From Betaproteobacteria bacterium (GTDB taxonomy: Bacteria; Pseudomonadota; Gammaproteobacteria; Burkholderiales; SG8-39), in contig VBBY01000003.1 in the NCBI GenBank assembly GCA_005881595.1, positions 731 through 64,730 on the forward strand: a stretch of DNA of 64,000 bases, given 5' to 3'. The translations under genes and the position numbers were made by a program. Positions 1-8,708 of the stretch are shown in pieces. Positions within the stretch are counted from its first letter, which is position 1. Each line of letters opens with the position of its first letter. The notes below the pieces were generated by a model. The model was not told the DNA's origin and made no database searches. It saw only the letters and a list, made by a program, of their open reading frames with translations.

Positions 1-1
1 C

Positions 2-697
2 TCGAGCGGCACCGTGACCTCCGGGCCGGCGGTGTTCAGGAACCTTTCCTACGACCCGCTCAGGGACCTGGTGGCAGTCGGGCCGATCCAGTCCGTGCCG
101 ATCGTGCTGACGGTGGCACCGAAGACGCTGGCCTCGACCTTCCAGGAATTCTTCTCCCTCGTAAAAGCAAAACCCGGACAGGTGAGCATCGCTTCCGCCG
201 GCAACGGCTCGTCGAACCATCTGGCGATCGAGCTGCTGATGCGGCAGGCCAACCTGAAGCTGCTGCACGTGCCCTACAAGGGGAGCGGGCCGGCCCTCGC
301 GGACCTGATCGGCAGCCAGGTCGAATCGATGATGGACCAGCTCACCGCGTCCATCGGCCATATCAGGGAAGGGCGCATCAAGGCACTCGCCATCTCCTCG
401 CTCAGGCGCTCGGCGCTGCTGCCCGACGTGCCGACGCTCGATGAGGCGGGCGTCAAAGGCTACGAAGCGAGCACTTTCACCGGAATTTTTGCGCCGGCTG
501 CTGTTCCCGGGAGCATCATCGACAAACTGAGCGCAGCCCTGCGCAAAGCACTTGCCGTCGAATCGGTGCGCGAGCGCTATCGCGGCATGGGCGTGGACGT
601 GATGGACATGGGCCAGGCGGAGTTCGCCGCCTACGTGCGCGCCGATTACGAGAAATGGCAGCGCGTGGCGCGCGAGGGCAATATCGTCGTCGAGTGA
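2..697 (+). CDS. Bug/TctC tripartite tricarboxylate transporter substrate-binding protein (5'-truncated by window edge)
   Basis: Motifs ASAGNGSSNHL, HVPYKGSGPAL and DVPTLDEAG; the frame is open back to position 2. Confidence 0.93.
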   Translation, partial: SSGTVTSGPAVFRNLSYDPLRDLVAVGPIQSVPIVLTVAPKTLASTFQEFFSLVKAKPGQVSIASAGNGSSNHLAIELLMRQANLKLLHVPYKGSGPALADLIGSQVESMMDQLTASIGHIREGRIKALAISSLRRSALLPDVPTLDEAGVKGYEASTFTGIFAPAAVPGSIIDKLSAALRKALAVESVRERYRGMGVDVMDMGQAEFAAYVRADYEKWQRVAREGNIVVE

Positions 698-703
698 GGC
701 CGA

Positions 704-964
704 ATGAAAAGCGTTGCCGAGATCGATACCTTTATCACCATGCTGCTGACCGCGTGCGAGAACCAGAGCGTGTATGAGCGGCTGGAAAAACTGCTGTCGA
801 TGCCGGATGAGAAACGCCAGGGGCTGGTGCATTCCTGGGTCAGTGACCTGCTCGTTGCCGAAGCGCCGCGCGACTTCGTGCAGGCTGTCGCCTGCTTGCT
901 GGATAATCGGGTCGCCGAGAAGGCCTACGAAGTCATCTTCAAGTGCCGGCGCGGCGAGCTCTAG
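704..964 (+). CDS. Small helical hypothetical protein (86 aa)
   Basis: ATG 6 nt after the Bug stop; fills the gap before the VOC gene; normal protein composition; no family recognised. Confidence 0.75.
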   Translation: MKSVAEIDTFITMLLTACENQSVYERLEKLLSMPDEKRQGLVHSWVSDLLVAEAPRDFVQAVACLLDNRVAEKAYEVIFKCRRGEL

Positions 965-977
965 GAGGAGTCGACCG

Positions 978-1376
978 ATGGCCAAGCTGCGACACATCGC
1001 GATCACGGTGCCCGATCCCTGGAAGGCCGCCGAGTTCTACATGCAGGCGTTCGGGCTGAAAAAGGTCGGCGAGACGGACTGGGAAAACGCGCGCGGCGTT
1101 TATCTCAGCGATGGCGTGATTAACCTGGCGCTGCTGCACTACAAGACCGAGGAGGCGGCAGGCGAGCTCGGCCGGGGTTTCGTGGGTCTTCACCATTTTG
1201 GCTTCCTGGTCGACGACGTGGCGGCGACTCGCAAGGCGATCGAGGCTGCCGGCGGAAGGCACTGGATGGGCGAAGCGCTGGATGGCACCGGCTTCTATGA
1301 AGTGAAGTTCCACGACCCGGACGGCATCGTCGTGGACATCACCGCGAATGGCTGGACGGGCGCCGCGAAAGATTAA
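978..1376 (+). CDS. VOC (glyoxalase/bleomycin resistance/extradiol dioxygenase) family protein
   Basis: SD GGAGGAG before ATG978; LRHIAI, LHHFGFLVDD and YEVKFHDPDG motifs give His/His/Glu metal ligands. Confidence 0.9.
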   Translation: MAKLRHIAITVPDPWKAAEFYMQAFGLKKVGETDWENARGVYLSDGVINLALLHYKTEEAAGELGRGFVGLHHFGFLVDDVAATRKAIEAAGGRHWMGEALDGTGFYEVKFHDPDGIVVDITANGWTGAAKD

Positions 1377-2330
1377 GTGCGCCTGGTCTTCCCGGTACTG
1401 CTGGCGCTTTGCGCGTCGTACGCGGCGGCGCAGGGCTATCCGGGCAAAGCGGTTCGCATCGTAGTGCCGTCGAGCCCCGGCGGCGGCAGCGACTTGGTCG
1501 CGCGGCTCCTCGCGTCGCAGCTCGCCGAGGCATTCGGGCGGCCGTTCATCGTCGAGAACCGCGTCACCTCGGGCGGCATCGTTGCCACCCAGCAGGTCGC
1601 CGAGTCGCTGCCCGACGGGCACACGCTGCTCGTCACGTTCGACACCTTCGCGATCAACCCCTTCCTCTTCAAAGGCGTGCAATGGGACCCGGTGCGCGAT
1701 TTCGCGCCCGTCATGCAGGTCTGCCGCTATCCGCAAGTGCTGCTCGTGAATCCCGCCCTGGGCGTGAAAACCCTGCAGGAGTTCGTCGCGCTCGCGAAGC
1801 GGACCGGCCCGCAGCTCAATTACGGTTCCGCCGGACCCGCCTCCTCGAGCCGGCTCGCGTACGAGCTTTTCAAGGAGGTCGCCGGCATCGAGACGGTGCC
1901 GGTGCATTACAAGGGCGGCGGTCCGGCCATCCAGGACCTGATGTCGGGCCAGGTGCAGGTGATGCTCATCCAGGGCGGCGGCATGATCCAGCAGAGCATC
2001 AGATCCGGCAAGCTGGTGGCCCTGGCGGTCAGCTCGCCGGCCCGCTCGCCCTTCTATCCGGAGCTCCCGGCGATTGCGGAGACCTATCCAGGCTTCGAAA
2101 CCGAGTCGTGGGTCGCGATGTTCGCGCCTGCCGCGACGCCGAAGGAGATCGTCGAGCGGCTGCACGCGAGCCTTTCCAGGATCCTGGCCGATCCGGGCAT
2201 GCCGAAGCGGTTCGAGACTCTCGGCGCCGAGATCGTCGCTGGCACGCCGCAGGCGCTGGCCAGGCTGGTGCGGGACGATCAGGCGAAGTGGAGCAGGGTC
2301 ATCCGGGAAAAGAACATCACCGTCGAATAA
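1377..2330 (+). CDS. Bug/TctC substrate-binding protein
   Basis: Signal peptide, YPGKAVRIVVPSSPGGGSD and VHYKGGGPA; GTG abuts the upstream stop. Confidence 0.95.
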   Translation: MRLVFPVLLALCASYAAAQGYPGKAVRIVVPSSPGGGSDLVARLLASQLAEAFGRPFIVENRVTSGGIVATQQVAESLPDGHTLLVTFDTFAINPFLFKGVQWDPVRDFAPVMQVCRYPQVLLVNPALGVKTLQEFVALAKRTGPQLNYGSAGPASSSRLAYELFKEVAGIETVPVHYKGGGPAIQDLMSGQVQVMLIQGGGMIQQSIRSGKLVALAVSSPARSPFYPELPAIAETYPGFETESWVAMFAPAATPKEIVERLHASLSRILADPGMPKRFETLGAEIVAGTPQALARLVRDDQAKWSRVIREKNITVE

Positions 2331-2342
2331 GAGAGAACGTCT

Positions 2343-3986
2343 ATGGCGTCACGCGGCTATGCGGACCTGCACGAACACCTGGCAGCGCTCAAGAAGGCAG
2401 GCCTGCTGATCACGGTCGAGCGCCCGATCAACAAGGACACGGAAATGCACCCGCTGGTCCGCTGGCAGTTTCGCGGCGGCATCGAGGAGCGGGACAGGAA
2501 GGCGTTCCTGTTCACCAACGTCGTCGACAGCAAGGGGCGCAAGTACGACATTCCGGTGGTGGTCGGCGCGCTTGCCGCCAGCCGGGAGATCTACCGCCTC
2601 GGCATGGGCTGCGACCTGGAGAGGATCAACGAGACCTGGAGCAGGGCGCTGGCGAATCCCATCGAGCCGCGGGTCGTGAGAGACGCGCCCTGCCAGGAAA
2701 TCGTGATCGAGGGCAGCGAGCTCGACAAGCCGGGGAAGGGGCTGGACTCGCTGCCCATTCCCATCTCCACGCCGGGCTGGGACATCGCGCCATTCACCAC
2801 GCTGTCGCAATACATCACGAAGGACCCCGACAACGGCATCCAGAACATGGGCATCTACCGCGGGCAGGTGAAAGCGCCGCGGCGCCTGGGAATGAATCCG
2901 TCGCTGGAGCTGCGTCCCGGCATCTACGTGCACTGGGAAAAGATGAAGCGGGCGGGAAAGAAGCTTCCGGCGGCGGTGGTGCTCGGCGCGCCGCCGTGCA
3001 TCGCCTTTGCCTCGGCGCAGAAGGCCCCGGAAACGCTCGACGAGCTGCATCTGGCCGGCGGACTGGCCGGGGTACCCATCAATGTGGTCAAGGCGAAGAG
3101 CGTCGATCTGCTGGTGCCGGCGGAAGCCGAGATCGTGGTCGAGGGCTACATCGACACCGAGTATCTCGAGCCCGAGGCGCCGTTCGGCGAATCGCATGGC
3201 CATGTCAACCTGCAGGAATTCAACGCCTATATGGACGTGGCCTGCATCACGCGCCGGCGCGACGCGATCCTGACCTCGATCATCTCGCAGGTCACGCCGA
3301 GCGAGTCGAGCCTGATCAAGCGCGTCGCGCTCGAGCCGCTGTTCCTCGAGCACCTGCGCAACGCGCTCGGCATCCGCGGCGTCAAGCGGGTGTCGATGCA
3401 CGAGCCGCTCACGAACCTGCGCAAGGTCGTGGTGCTGATCATGGACCGCAATACGCCCAGGACGGAGATCTGGCGCGCGCTCTACGGCGCCGCAGCCTGG
3501 AACCGCGCCGCCGGCAAATATGTCATCGCGGTCAACGACGACATCGATCCGGACAATGCGGATGCCCTCCTGTGGGCGATGTCCTACCGCGCCAACCCCG
3601 ACCTGGATCTGCAGATCCTGCGGCACCGCGACCAGGGGCACGGGCCACGCAGCAAGCGCAACAACGGCGAGGATGCGTCGGTGCTGATCGACGCGACGAT
3701 GAAGGAGGATTTCCCGCCGATCTCGCTGCCCAAGCGCGAGTACATGGAGCGCGCAAAGGCGATCTGGGAGGAGCTCGGCCTGCCCAGGCTCAAGCCCGAG
3801 TCGCCGTGGTACGGCTACTCGCTCGGCGAGTGGCCGGAGGAACTGGAGCGCGCCGCGGCCATGGCGGTGAAGGGCGATTACTTCGAGACCGGAAAGCTCC
3901 TGGCGAAGCGGCGCCGCAAGGACGTGGGCATGAACACCGAGGTGCGCGAGCTGCCCGGCCGGCCGCCCGGCGAGAGCGACGAGTAA
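2343..3986 (+). CDS. UbiD family prFMN-dependent (de)carboxylase with C-terminal extension
   Basis: QNMGIYR, GIYVH, AEIVVEG, EAPFGESHGH and VNDDIDP motifs; 547 aa. Confidence 0.92.
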   Translation: MASRGYADLHEHLAALKKAGLLITVERPINKDTEMHPLVRWQFRGGIEERDRKAFLFTNVVDSKGRKYDIPVVVGALAASREIYRLGMGCDLERINETWSRALANPIEPRVVRDAPCQEIVIEGSELDKPGKGLDSLPIPISTPGWDIAPFTTLSQYITKDPDNGIQNMGIYRGQVKAPRRLGMNPSLELRPGIYVHWEKMKRAGKKLPAAVVLGAPPCIAFASAQKAPETLDELHLAGGLAGVPINVVKAKSVDLLVPAEAEIVVEGYIDTEYLEPEAPFGESHGHVNLQEFNAYMDVACITRRRDAILTSIISQVTPSESSLIKRVALEPLFLEHLRNALGIRGVKRVSMHEPLTNLRKVVVLIMDRNTPRTEIWRALYGAAAWNRAAGKYVIAVNDDIDPDNADALLWAMSYRANPDLDLQILRHRDQGHGPRSKRNNGEDASVLIDATMKEDFPPISLPKREYMERAKAIWEELGLPRLKPESPWYGYSLGEWPEELERAAAMAVKGDYFETGKLLAKRRRKDVGMNTEVRELPGRPPGESDE

Positions 3987-4796
3987 CTAGCTCCTCAGCG
4001 CCTCGTCGATCGGCGCCGGCACGTGGATGCCGTAGCCCTGCGCGAAACCTGCGCCTGCCGCCCGCAACGTCGCAAGCGCCTCGTCGCTTTCCACGCACTC
4101 GCCGATCACGCCGATGCCGAGCTTCTTGCCGGCGCGCACGATCCTGTCCAGCTTGCCGCGCGCCGTCTGGCTGTTCAGATTGCGGATCACGGCGCGGTCC
4201 ACCTTGACGTAGTTCGGCTTCAACGCCTGCAGCGGCGCGAGCCACACCGGGCTGTAGCCGAAGCCGTCGATGGTGAGGCAGCAGCCGATCCTGCGGGCGG
4301 CGTCGGCAAATTGCTCGACCGAGTTCGGCAGCGCGAGGGCGTCCTCCTCGAGGACTTCGAAGGCGATGGACGCTGGCGGCACGCGGTGCCGCGAGAGCTC
4401 GGTGGCGACCGCGGGCGGGAAGCCTGCGTCGCTGACCGTCTGACCCGAGATATTGAGCGAAAGACTGGGCACGCGGGACCCGCGCGCGAGGCGCGCGATC
4501 GCGCGGCGCATGACCCAGCGATCGAGCTCGGGCATCATGCCGCAGCGCTCGAACACCGGCAGAAACGACCCGGGCGGCAGCAGCCTCTGTCCTTCTTCGC
4601 GCATGCGCAGCAGCACTTCCGCCATCGGCGCCGCCTTGGGCTTGTCGAGCGCGACGATGCGCTGCGCGTAAAGCTCGAACTCGTTCTGCTCCAGCGCCTC
4701 GACCAGGCGCTCTACCGGCTCTTCCCAATCGGGGACTTCAGCTCCTGACTTCTCGAAGAGAAGCGTTTTCTGTTCCGTGGTGATGTGTCGCTTCAC
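3987..4796 (-). CDS. Stand-alone EAL-domain protein with degenerate loop 6 (start GTG4796 or GTG4826)
   Basis: AEVLLR, SLNIS, FEVLEE, IDGFG, YVKVDR, IGECVE and FAQGY motifs. Confidence 0.9.
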   Translation of the reverse strand: MKRHITTEQKTLLFEKSGAEVPDWEEPVERLVEALEQNEFELYAQRIVALDKPKAAPMAEVLLRMREEGQRLLPPGSFLPVFERCGMMPELDRWVMRRAIARLARGSRVPSLSLNISGQTVSDAGFPPAVATELSRHRVPPASIAFEVLEEDALALPNSVEQFADAARRIGCCLTIDGFGYSPVWLAPLQALKPNYVKVDRAVIRNLNSQTARGKLDRIVRAGKKLGIGVIGECVESDEALATLRAAGAGFAQGYGIHVPAPIDEALRS

Positions 4797-4814
4797 GCGG
4801 GACCCGCGCGCGAG
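4470..4814 (+). repeat. 21-nt perfect direct repeat CACGCGGGACCCGCGCGCGAG at 4470-4490 and 4794-4814
   Basis: Read directly; both copies encode LARGSRV on the minus strand. Confidence 0.95.
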
Positions 4815-5120
4815 AAGAGTTATCACCGCCGCCGCCGCGCTCGACCTAGATCAAGCAGCGTCACCGTCAGCCGGATCCCCGGAAGCTTCTCCCGCTCAGC
4901 CAGATACCCATCCCCCAGGCACGTCTCCGTAGGAGGATATTCCTTATACGACGCCATCCCGCGCAACCACGACGTGCGCATGCGCCAAGCCCTACTCTCA
5001 GGACTGCGACGCTCACGCATCACTTGATCACCATTTTTGTAACCTTGCCTGACGTTAGGCCGTTCAAGATCAATCGCGCCGACAGCTCCTGACTTCTCGA
5101 AGAGAAGCGTTTTCTGTTCC
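4739..5120 (+). repeat. 38-nt perfect direct repeat CAGCTCCTGACTTCTCGAAGAGAAGCGTTTTCTGTTCC at 4739-4776 and 5083-5120
   Basis: Read directly; contains the inverted repeat CTTCTC-GAA-GAGAAG; both copies encode EQKTLLFEKSGA on the minus strand. Confidence 0.95.
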
Positions 5121-5152
5121 CCGACTTGTCGCTTGGCCGGCATCAGCGACAT
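4823..5152 (-). CDS. Possible small ORF sharing the EQKTLLFEKSGA N-terminus with the EAL protein (coding status uncertain)
   Basis: Open frame from ATG5152 or ATG5143 to TGA4823; codon usage looks atypical for this genome. Confidence 0.3.
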   Translation of the reverse strand: MSLMPAKRQVGEQKTLLFEKSGAVGAIDLERPNVRQGYKNGDQVMRERRSPESRAWRMRTSWLRGMASYKEYPPTETCLGDGYLAEREKLPGIRLTVTLLDLGRARRRR

Positions 5153-5207
5153 GTTGTACACGCTCTGGTGGGGAAATTGTTGTGACTTATTTCCTCAGCC
5201 GGCATGA

Positions 5208-6638
5208 CTAGGCCAGCGTGTACGCAGTCTTGACGGTCGTGTAGAACTCGACGGCGTAGCGGCCCTGCTCGCGCGGGCCGTAGCTCGAGCCCTTGCGGCC
5301 GCCGAACGGCACGTGATAGTCGACACCGGCGGTGGGCGCGTTGACCATCACCAATCCGGCCTGCGCGTGGCGCTTGAAGTGCGACGCGTGCTTGAGCGAC
5401 GTGGTGCAGATTCCGGACGAAAGGCCGAACTCGGTATCGTTTGCCAGCGCGAGCGCCTCGTCGTAATCGCGCGCTCGCACCACGGCCGCCACGGGTCCGA
5501 AGATCTCTTCGCGGCAGATGCGCATGGAGTTGTTCGCCTCCGCGAACACCGCTGGCGCGAAGTAGTAGCCGTTCTTGTCGCGCTTGACACGCTCGCCGCC
5601 TGCCAGCAGCTTTGCTCCCTCGCCTTTGCCGATGCCGATGTAGCGCTCGTCCTGCTCGAGCTGGCGCGCGTCGACCACCGGCCCGATCTGCGTCTTGGGA
5701 TCGCGCGCGTCGCCGACGACCAGCGCCCTTGCACGCTCGGCGAGGCGCGACACGAACTTGTCGTGGATGCCCTGCGTGACGATGATGCGGCTCGACGCGG
5801 TGCAGCGCTGGCCGGTCGAATAGAACGAGCCCTGCACGGCGACTTCCACCGCCTGGTCGAGCTGCGCGTCGTCCAGCACGACGAGCGGATTCTTGCCGCC
5901 CATCTCCAGCTGGAACTTCGCCCCGCGCTTGAATGCCGCCTCGCCGACGCGCCGGCCGACCGCCTGGGAGCCGGTGAAACTGATGCCGTCGATCCCCGGG
6001 TGATGGATGATGGCCTCGCCGACCACCGCGCCGCGCCCCATGACGAGGTTGAACACGCCGGCCGGCAGGCCGGAGCGGCTGAGGATGTCCGCCAGCGCCC
6101 AGCCGCAGCCCGGCACCAGATCGGCCGGCTTGAACACCACGCAGTTCCCGTACGCGAGCGCGGGCGCGATCTTCCATGCGGGAATCGCGATCGGGAAATT
6201 CCAGGGGGTGATCAGGCCGACCACGCCGATCGGCTCGCGCGTGACCTCCACGCTCATGCCCGGGCGTATCGAGGGAATGATCTCGCCCGCGGTGCGCAGC
6301 GCCTCGCCCGCGAAAAACTTGAAGATCTGCCCGGCGCGCGCGGCCTCGCCGGTCGCCTCCGGCAGCGTCTTGCCCTCCTCGCGCGCGAGCAGCTCGCCCA
6401 GCTCGGCGCGGCGCGCGAGGATCTCGCTGCCGGCGAAGTCGAGCGCGTCGAAACGCTGCTGCGGCGTGGACCCGGACCAGGCAGGGAATGCCGCGCGCGC
6501 CGCCGCGACCGCGGCGTCCACCGCGGCGGCATCGCCTGAAGCGTATTGATCGATGACGTCGGAGACGTCCGATGGATTGATGTCGGGATTGGTCTGCTTG
6601 CCGGCGGTCCACTGGCCGGCAATGAGATTGGCGCGCAT
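5208..6638 (-). CDS. NAD(P)-dependent aldehyde dehydrogenase (alpha-ketoglutaric semialdehyde dehydrogenase-like)
   Basis: ITPWNFP, FTGS, LEMGGKNP, GQRCTA and EEIFGPV motifs; SD GAGGAG. Confidence 0.92.
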   Translation of the reverse strand: MRANLIAGQWTAGKQTNPDINPSDVSDVIDQYASGDAAAVDAAVAAARAAFPAWSGSTPQQRFDALDFAGSEILARRAELGELLAREEGKTLPEATGEAARAGQIFKFFAGEALRTAGEIIPSIRPGMSVEVTREPIGVVGLITPWNFPIAIPAWKIAPALAYGNCVVFKPADLVPGCGWALADILSRSGLPAGVFNLVMGRGAVVGEAIIHHPGIDGISFTGSQAVGRRVGEAAFKRGAKFQLEMGGKNPLVVLDDAQLDQAVEVAVQGSFYSTGQRCTASSRIIVTQGIHDKFVSRLAERARALVVGDARDPKTQIGPVVDARQLEQDERYIGIGKGEGAKLLAGGERVKRDKNGYYFAPAVFAEANNSMRICREEIFGPVAAVVRARDYDEALALANDTEFGLSSGICTTSLKHASHFKRHAQAGLVMVNAPTAGVDYHVPFGGRKGSSYGPREQGRYAVEFYTTVKTAYTLA

Positions 6639-6677
6639 TGGGTCTCTCCTCGGCTATGATGGTAACTCGGGGGAGGG

Positions 6678-7649
6678 TTGAATCAAGTGAAGGCATTTTG
6701 CGGTTTCGTCGGGCTGCTTGTTGCCGCTGCAGCTTCAGCGCAGACCTATCCGACGCGGCCGATCGCATTGATCGTGCCTTTCTCGGCAGGAGGACCCACG
6801 GACACCATCGGCCGCATCATGGCCGAGCGCATGGGAAGGTCGCTCGGCCAGACGGTGGTGGTGGAGAACACCACCGGTGCCGGGGGCAGCATCGCCGTGG
6901 GCAGAGTGGCGCGCGCGGCCCCGGATGGCTACACGCTCAGCATCGGCCACTTCGGCACCCACGTCATCAGCGGCGCGACCTACCAGCTGCAGTACGATCT
7001 GCTGAGGGACCTCGAACCGGTGGCGATGCTCGCCACGAATCCGCAGATCCTGGTTTCAAAGACTGCGGTTCCGGCCAGAGATCTCCAGGAACTCATTGCC
7101 TGGGTAAAGACGAATCAGGACAAAGTATCGATCGGCACCGGGGGAGCAGGTACGCCGGCGCATGTCAGCGCCGTCTACTTCAACAAACTCACCGGTACCC
7201 AAGCGCAGATCATTCACTATCGCGGCGCCGCGCCGGCAATGCAGGATTTGTTTGCCGGGCACATCGACCTTTATTTCGATCAGGCCGCGTCTGCCGTGCC
7301 GAATTCCCGCGCGGGAAGGGTTAAGCCTTACGCCGTGACCGCGAAGACGCGCCTGGCCGCAGCGCCCGATATTCCGACGGTCGACGAGGCCGGGCTGCCC
7401 GGTTTCTATATGGCTGTCTGGCACGCCATCTGGGCGCCCAGGGCGACGCCGAAAGACATCGTCGGCAGGTTGAACTCGGCCATCACCGAAGCGCTTGCCG
7501 ATCCTGCGGTGCGCAAGCGCCTGGAAAATCTCGGCCAGGAAATCCCGCCGCGCGAGCAGCAGACGCCTGAGGCTCTGGGCGCGCACCACAAGGCCGAGAT
7601 CGAAAAGTGGTGGCCACTCATCAAAGCGGCCGGGATTAAAGCGGAGTAG
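6678..7649 (+). CDS. Bug/TctC substrate-binding protein
   Basis: Signal peptide, YPTRPIALIVPFSAGGPTD and IHYRGAAPA. Confidence 0.95.
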   Translation: MNQVKAFCGFVGLLVAAAASAQTYPTRPIALIVPFSAGGPTDTIGRIMAERMGRSLGQTVVVENTTGAGGSIAVGRVARAAPDGYTLSIGHFGTHVISGATYQLQYDLLRDLEPVAMLATNPQILVSKTAVPARDLQELIAWVKTNQDKVSIGTGGAGTPAHVSAVYFNKLTGTQAQIIHYRGAAPAMQDLFAGHIDLYFDQAASAVPNSRAGRVKPYAVTAKTRLAAAPDIPTVDEAGLPGFYMAVWHAIWAPRATPKDIVGRLNSAITEALADPAVRKRLENLGQEIPPREQQTPEALGAHHKAEIEKWWPLIKAAGIKAE

Positions 7650-7652
7650 CCC

Positions 7653-8222
7653 TTATTTGTTCCTGATCGCCGACTTCGGCCGGAAAGCCTTCACCACCGC
7701 TTCGTTGGTCTCGATGTAGGGGCCGCCGATCAGGTCGATGCAATACGGGACCGCGGCAAAGATTCCCGGCGCGTCGGGCAATCCCTGCAGCGTCTCGCGG
7801 ATCGATTTCGGCTGGCCCGGCAGGTTGATGATCAGCGCCTGCCTGCGGATCACCGCCACCTGCCGCGACAGGATCGCGGTCGGCACGAATTTCAGGCTCA
7901 GCGAGCGCATCTGCTCACCGAAGCCGGGCATGACCTTGTCGGCGATGGCGAGCGTGGCTTCGGGCGTGACGTCGCGCCGGGCGGGTCCGGTGCCGCCGGT
8001 GGTGAGCACGAGGTGGCAGCGCTTCTCGTCGACCAGCTCGACCAGCGTCGATTCGATGATCGCCATCTCGTCGGCGATGAGGCGCGTTTCGTCGCGCCAG
8101 GCGGGCGAGGCTATCGCCGAATGCAGCCACTCCTTGAGCGACGGGATGCCTTCGTCGCGGTAGACCCCGGCCGAGGCGCGGTCGCTGATGGAGACCAGGC
8201 CGACGATCAGTTCTTCTTTCAT
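7653..8222 (-). CDS. mog: Molybdopterin adenylyltransferase
   Basis: VSISDRAS, TTGGTGPARRDVTPEAT and INLPGQPKSI motifs; ATG8222 overlaps the yjgA stop. Confidence 0.95.
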   Translation of the reverse strand: MKEELIVGLVSISDRASAGVYRDEGIPSLKEWLHSAIASPAWRDETRLIADEMAIIESTLVELVDEKRCHLVLTTGGTGPARRDVTPEATLAIADKVMPGFGEQMRSLSLKFVPTAILSRQVAVIRRQALIINLPGQPKSIRETLQGLPDAPGIFAAVPYCIDLIGGPYIETNEAVVKAFRPKSAIRNK

Positions 8223-8704
8223 TTGGCTTCGCTGCACAGCCGGATAAAGCGGAACAGCTCGCGGTAGGCCCGCGTGCGGTTGCCCTCCTGCAGCTGCTTG
8301 CGCGAATTCCTTATCAAGCTGCGCAATGCCTGAAGGTCGGCGCCCGGATGCTCGGCAGCGAAGCCGGTGAGCGCCGCGTCGTCGTTGAGCAGGCGCTCGC
8401 GCAAAGTTTCGAGGCGGCGGTGAGCCGCGCTCGCCTGCGCGGAGCTGCCTTCGATCTCGCCGAGGCGGCTGCGGATCGCGCCCGGATCGATGTCGCGCAT
8501 CAAGCGACCGATGTACTGCATCTGCCGACGCCTGGCCTCGTGGCTCTTGATGCGCTTCGCCTCGAGCACGGCTTCCAGCAGATCGTCGGCGAGCGCCATT
8601 GATCTCAATTGTGTCTCGGGGAGCCCGACCAGCGCCACGCCGAGCGCCTGCAGCTCGTGCATCTCGCGCTTCCTGCGGGTCTTGCTGACGATTTCGTCCT
8701 GCAC
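8219..8704 (-). CDS. yjgA: Ribosome biogenesis factor YjgA/DarP (DUF615)
   Basis: SKTRRKREMHELQALG, RRRQMQYIGRLMR and AYRELF motifs; divergent from pmbA as in other proteobacteria. Confidence 0.92.
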   Translation of the reverse strand: MQDEIVSKTRRKREMHELQALGVALVGLPETQLRSMALADDLLEAVLEAKRIKSHEARRRQMQYIGRLMRDIDPGAIRSRLGEIEGSSAQASAAHRRLETLRERLLNDDAALTGFAAEHPGADLQALRSLIRNSRKQLQEGNRTRAYRELFRFIRLCSEAK

Positions 8705-8708
8705 GCGC

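Noticed and set aside
1409-4207. Long overlapping or antisense ORFs (this one; also 18702-21089, 23228-25492, 27328-29172, 36456-38339 and similar)
   Set aside because: Shadow ORFs expected in high-GC DNA: low-complexity R/A/G/P composition, no motifs, and they overlap well-supported genes.
4841-4854. FNR/CRP box TCGAC-CTAG-ATCAA upstream of the EAL gene
   Set aside because: Two mismatches in one half-site, and spacing to a plausible -10 does not fit a class II promoter.
4739-5120. CRISPR array or DGR template/variable repeat
   Set aside because: Only two copies, 344 bp apart, with no cas genes. The copies are identical with no adenine-specific mismatches, and there is no reverse transcriptase.
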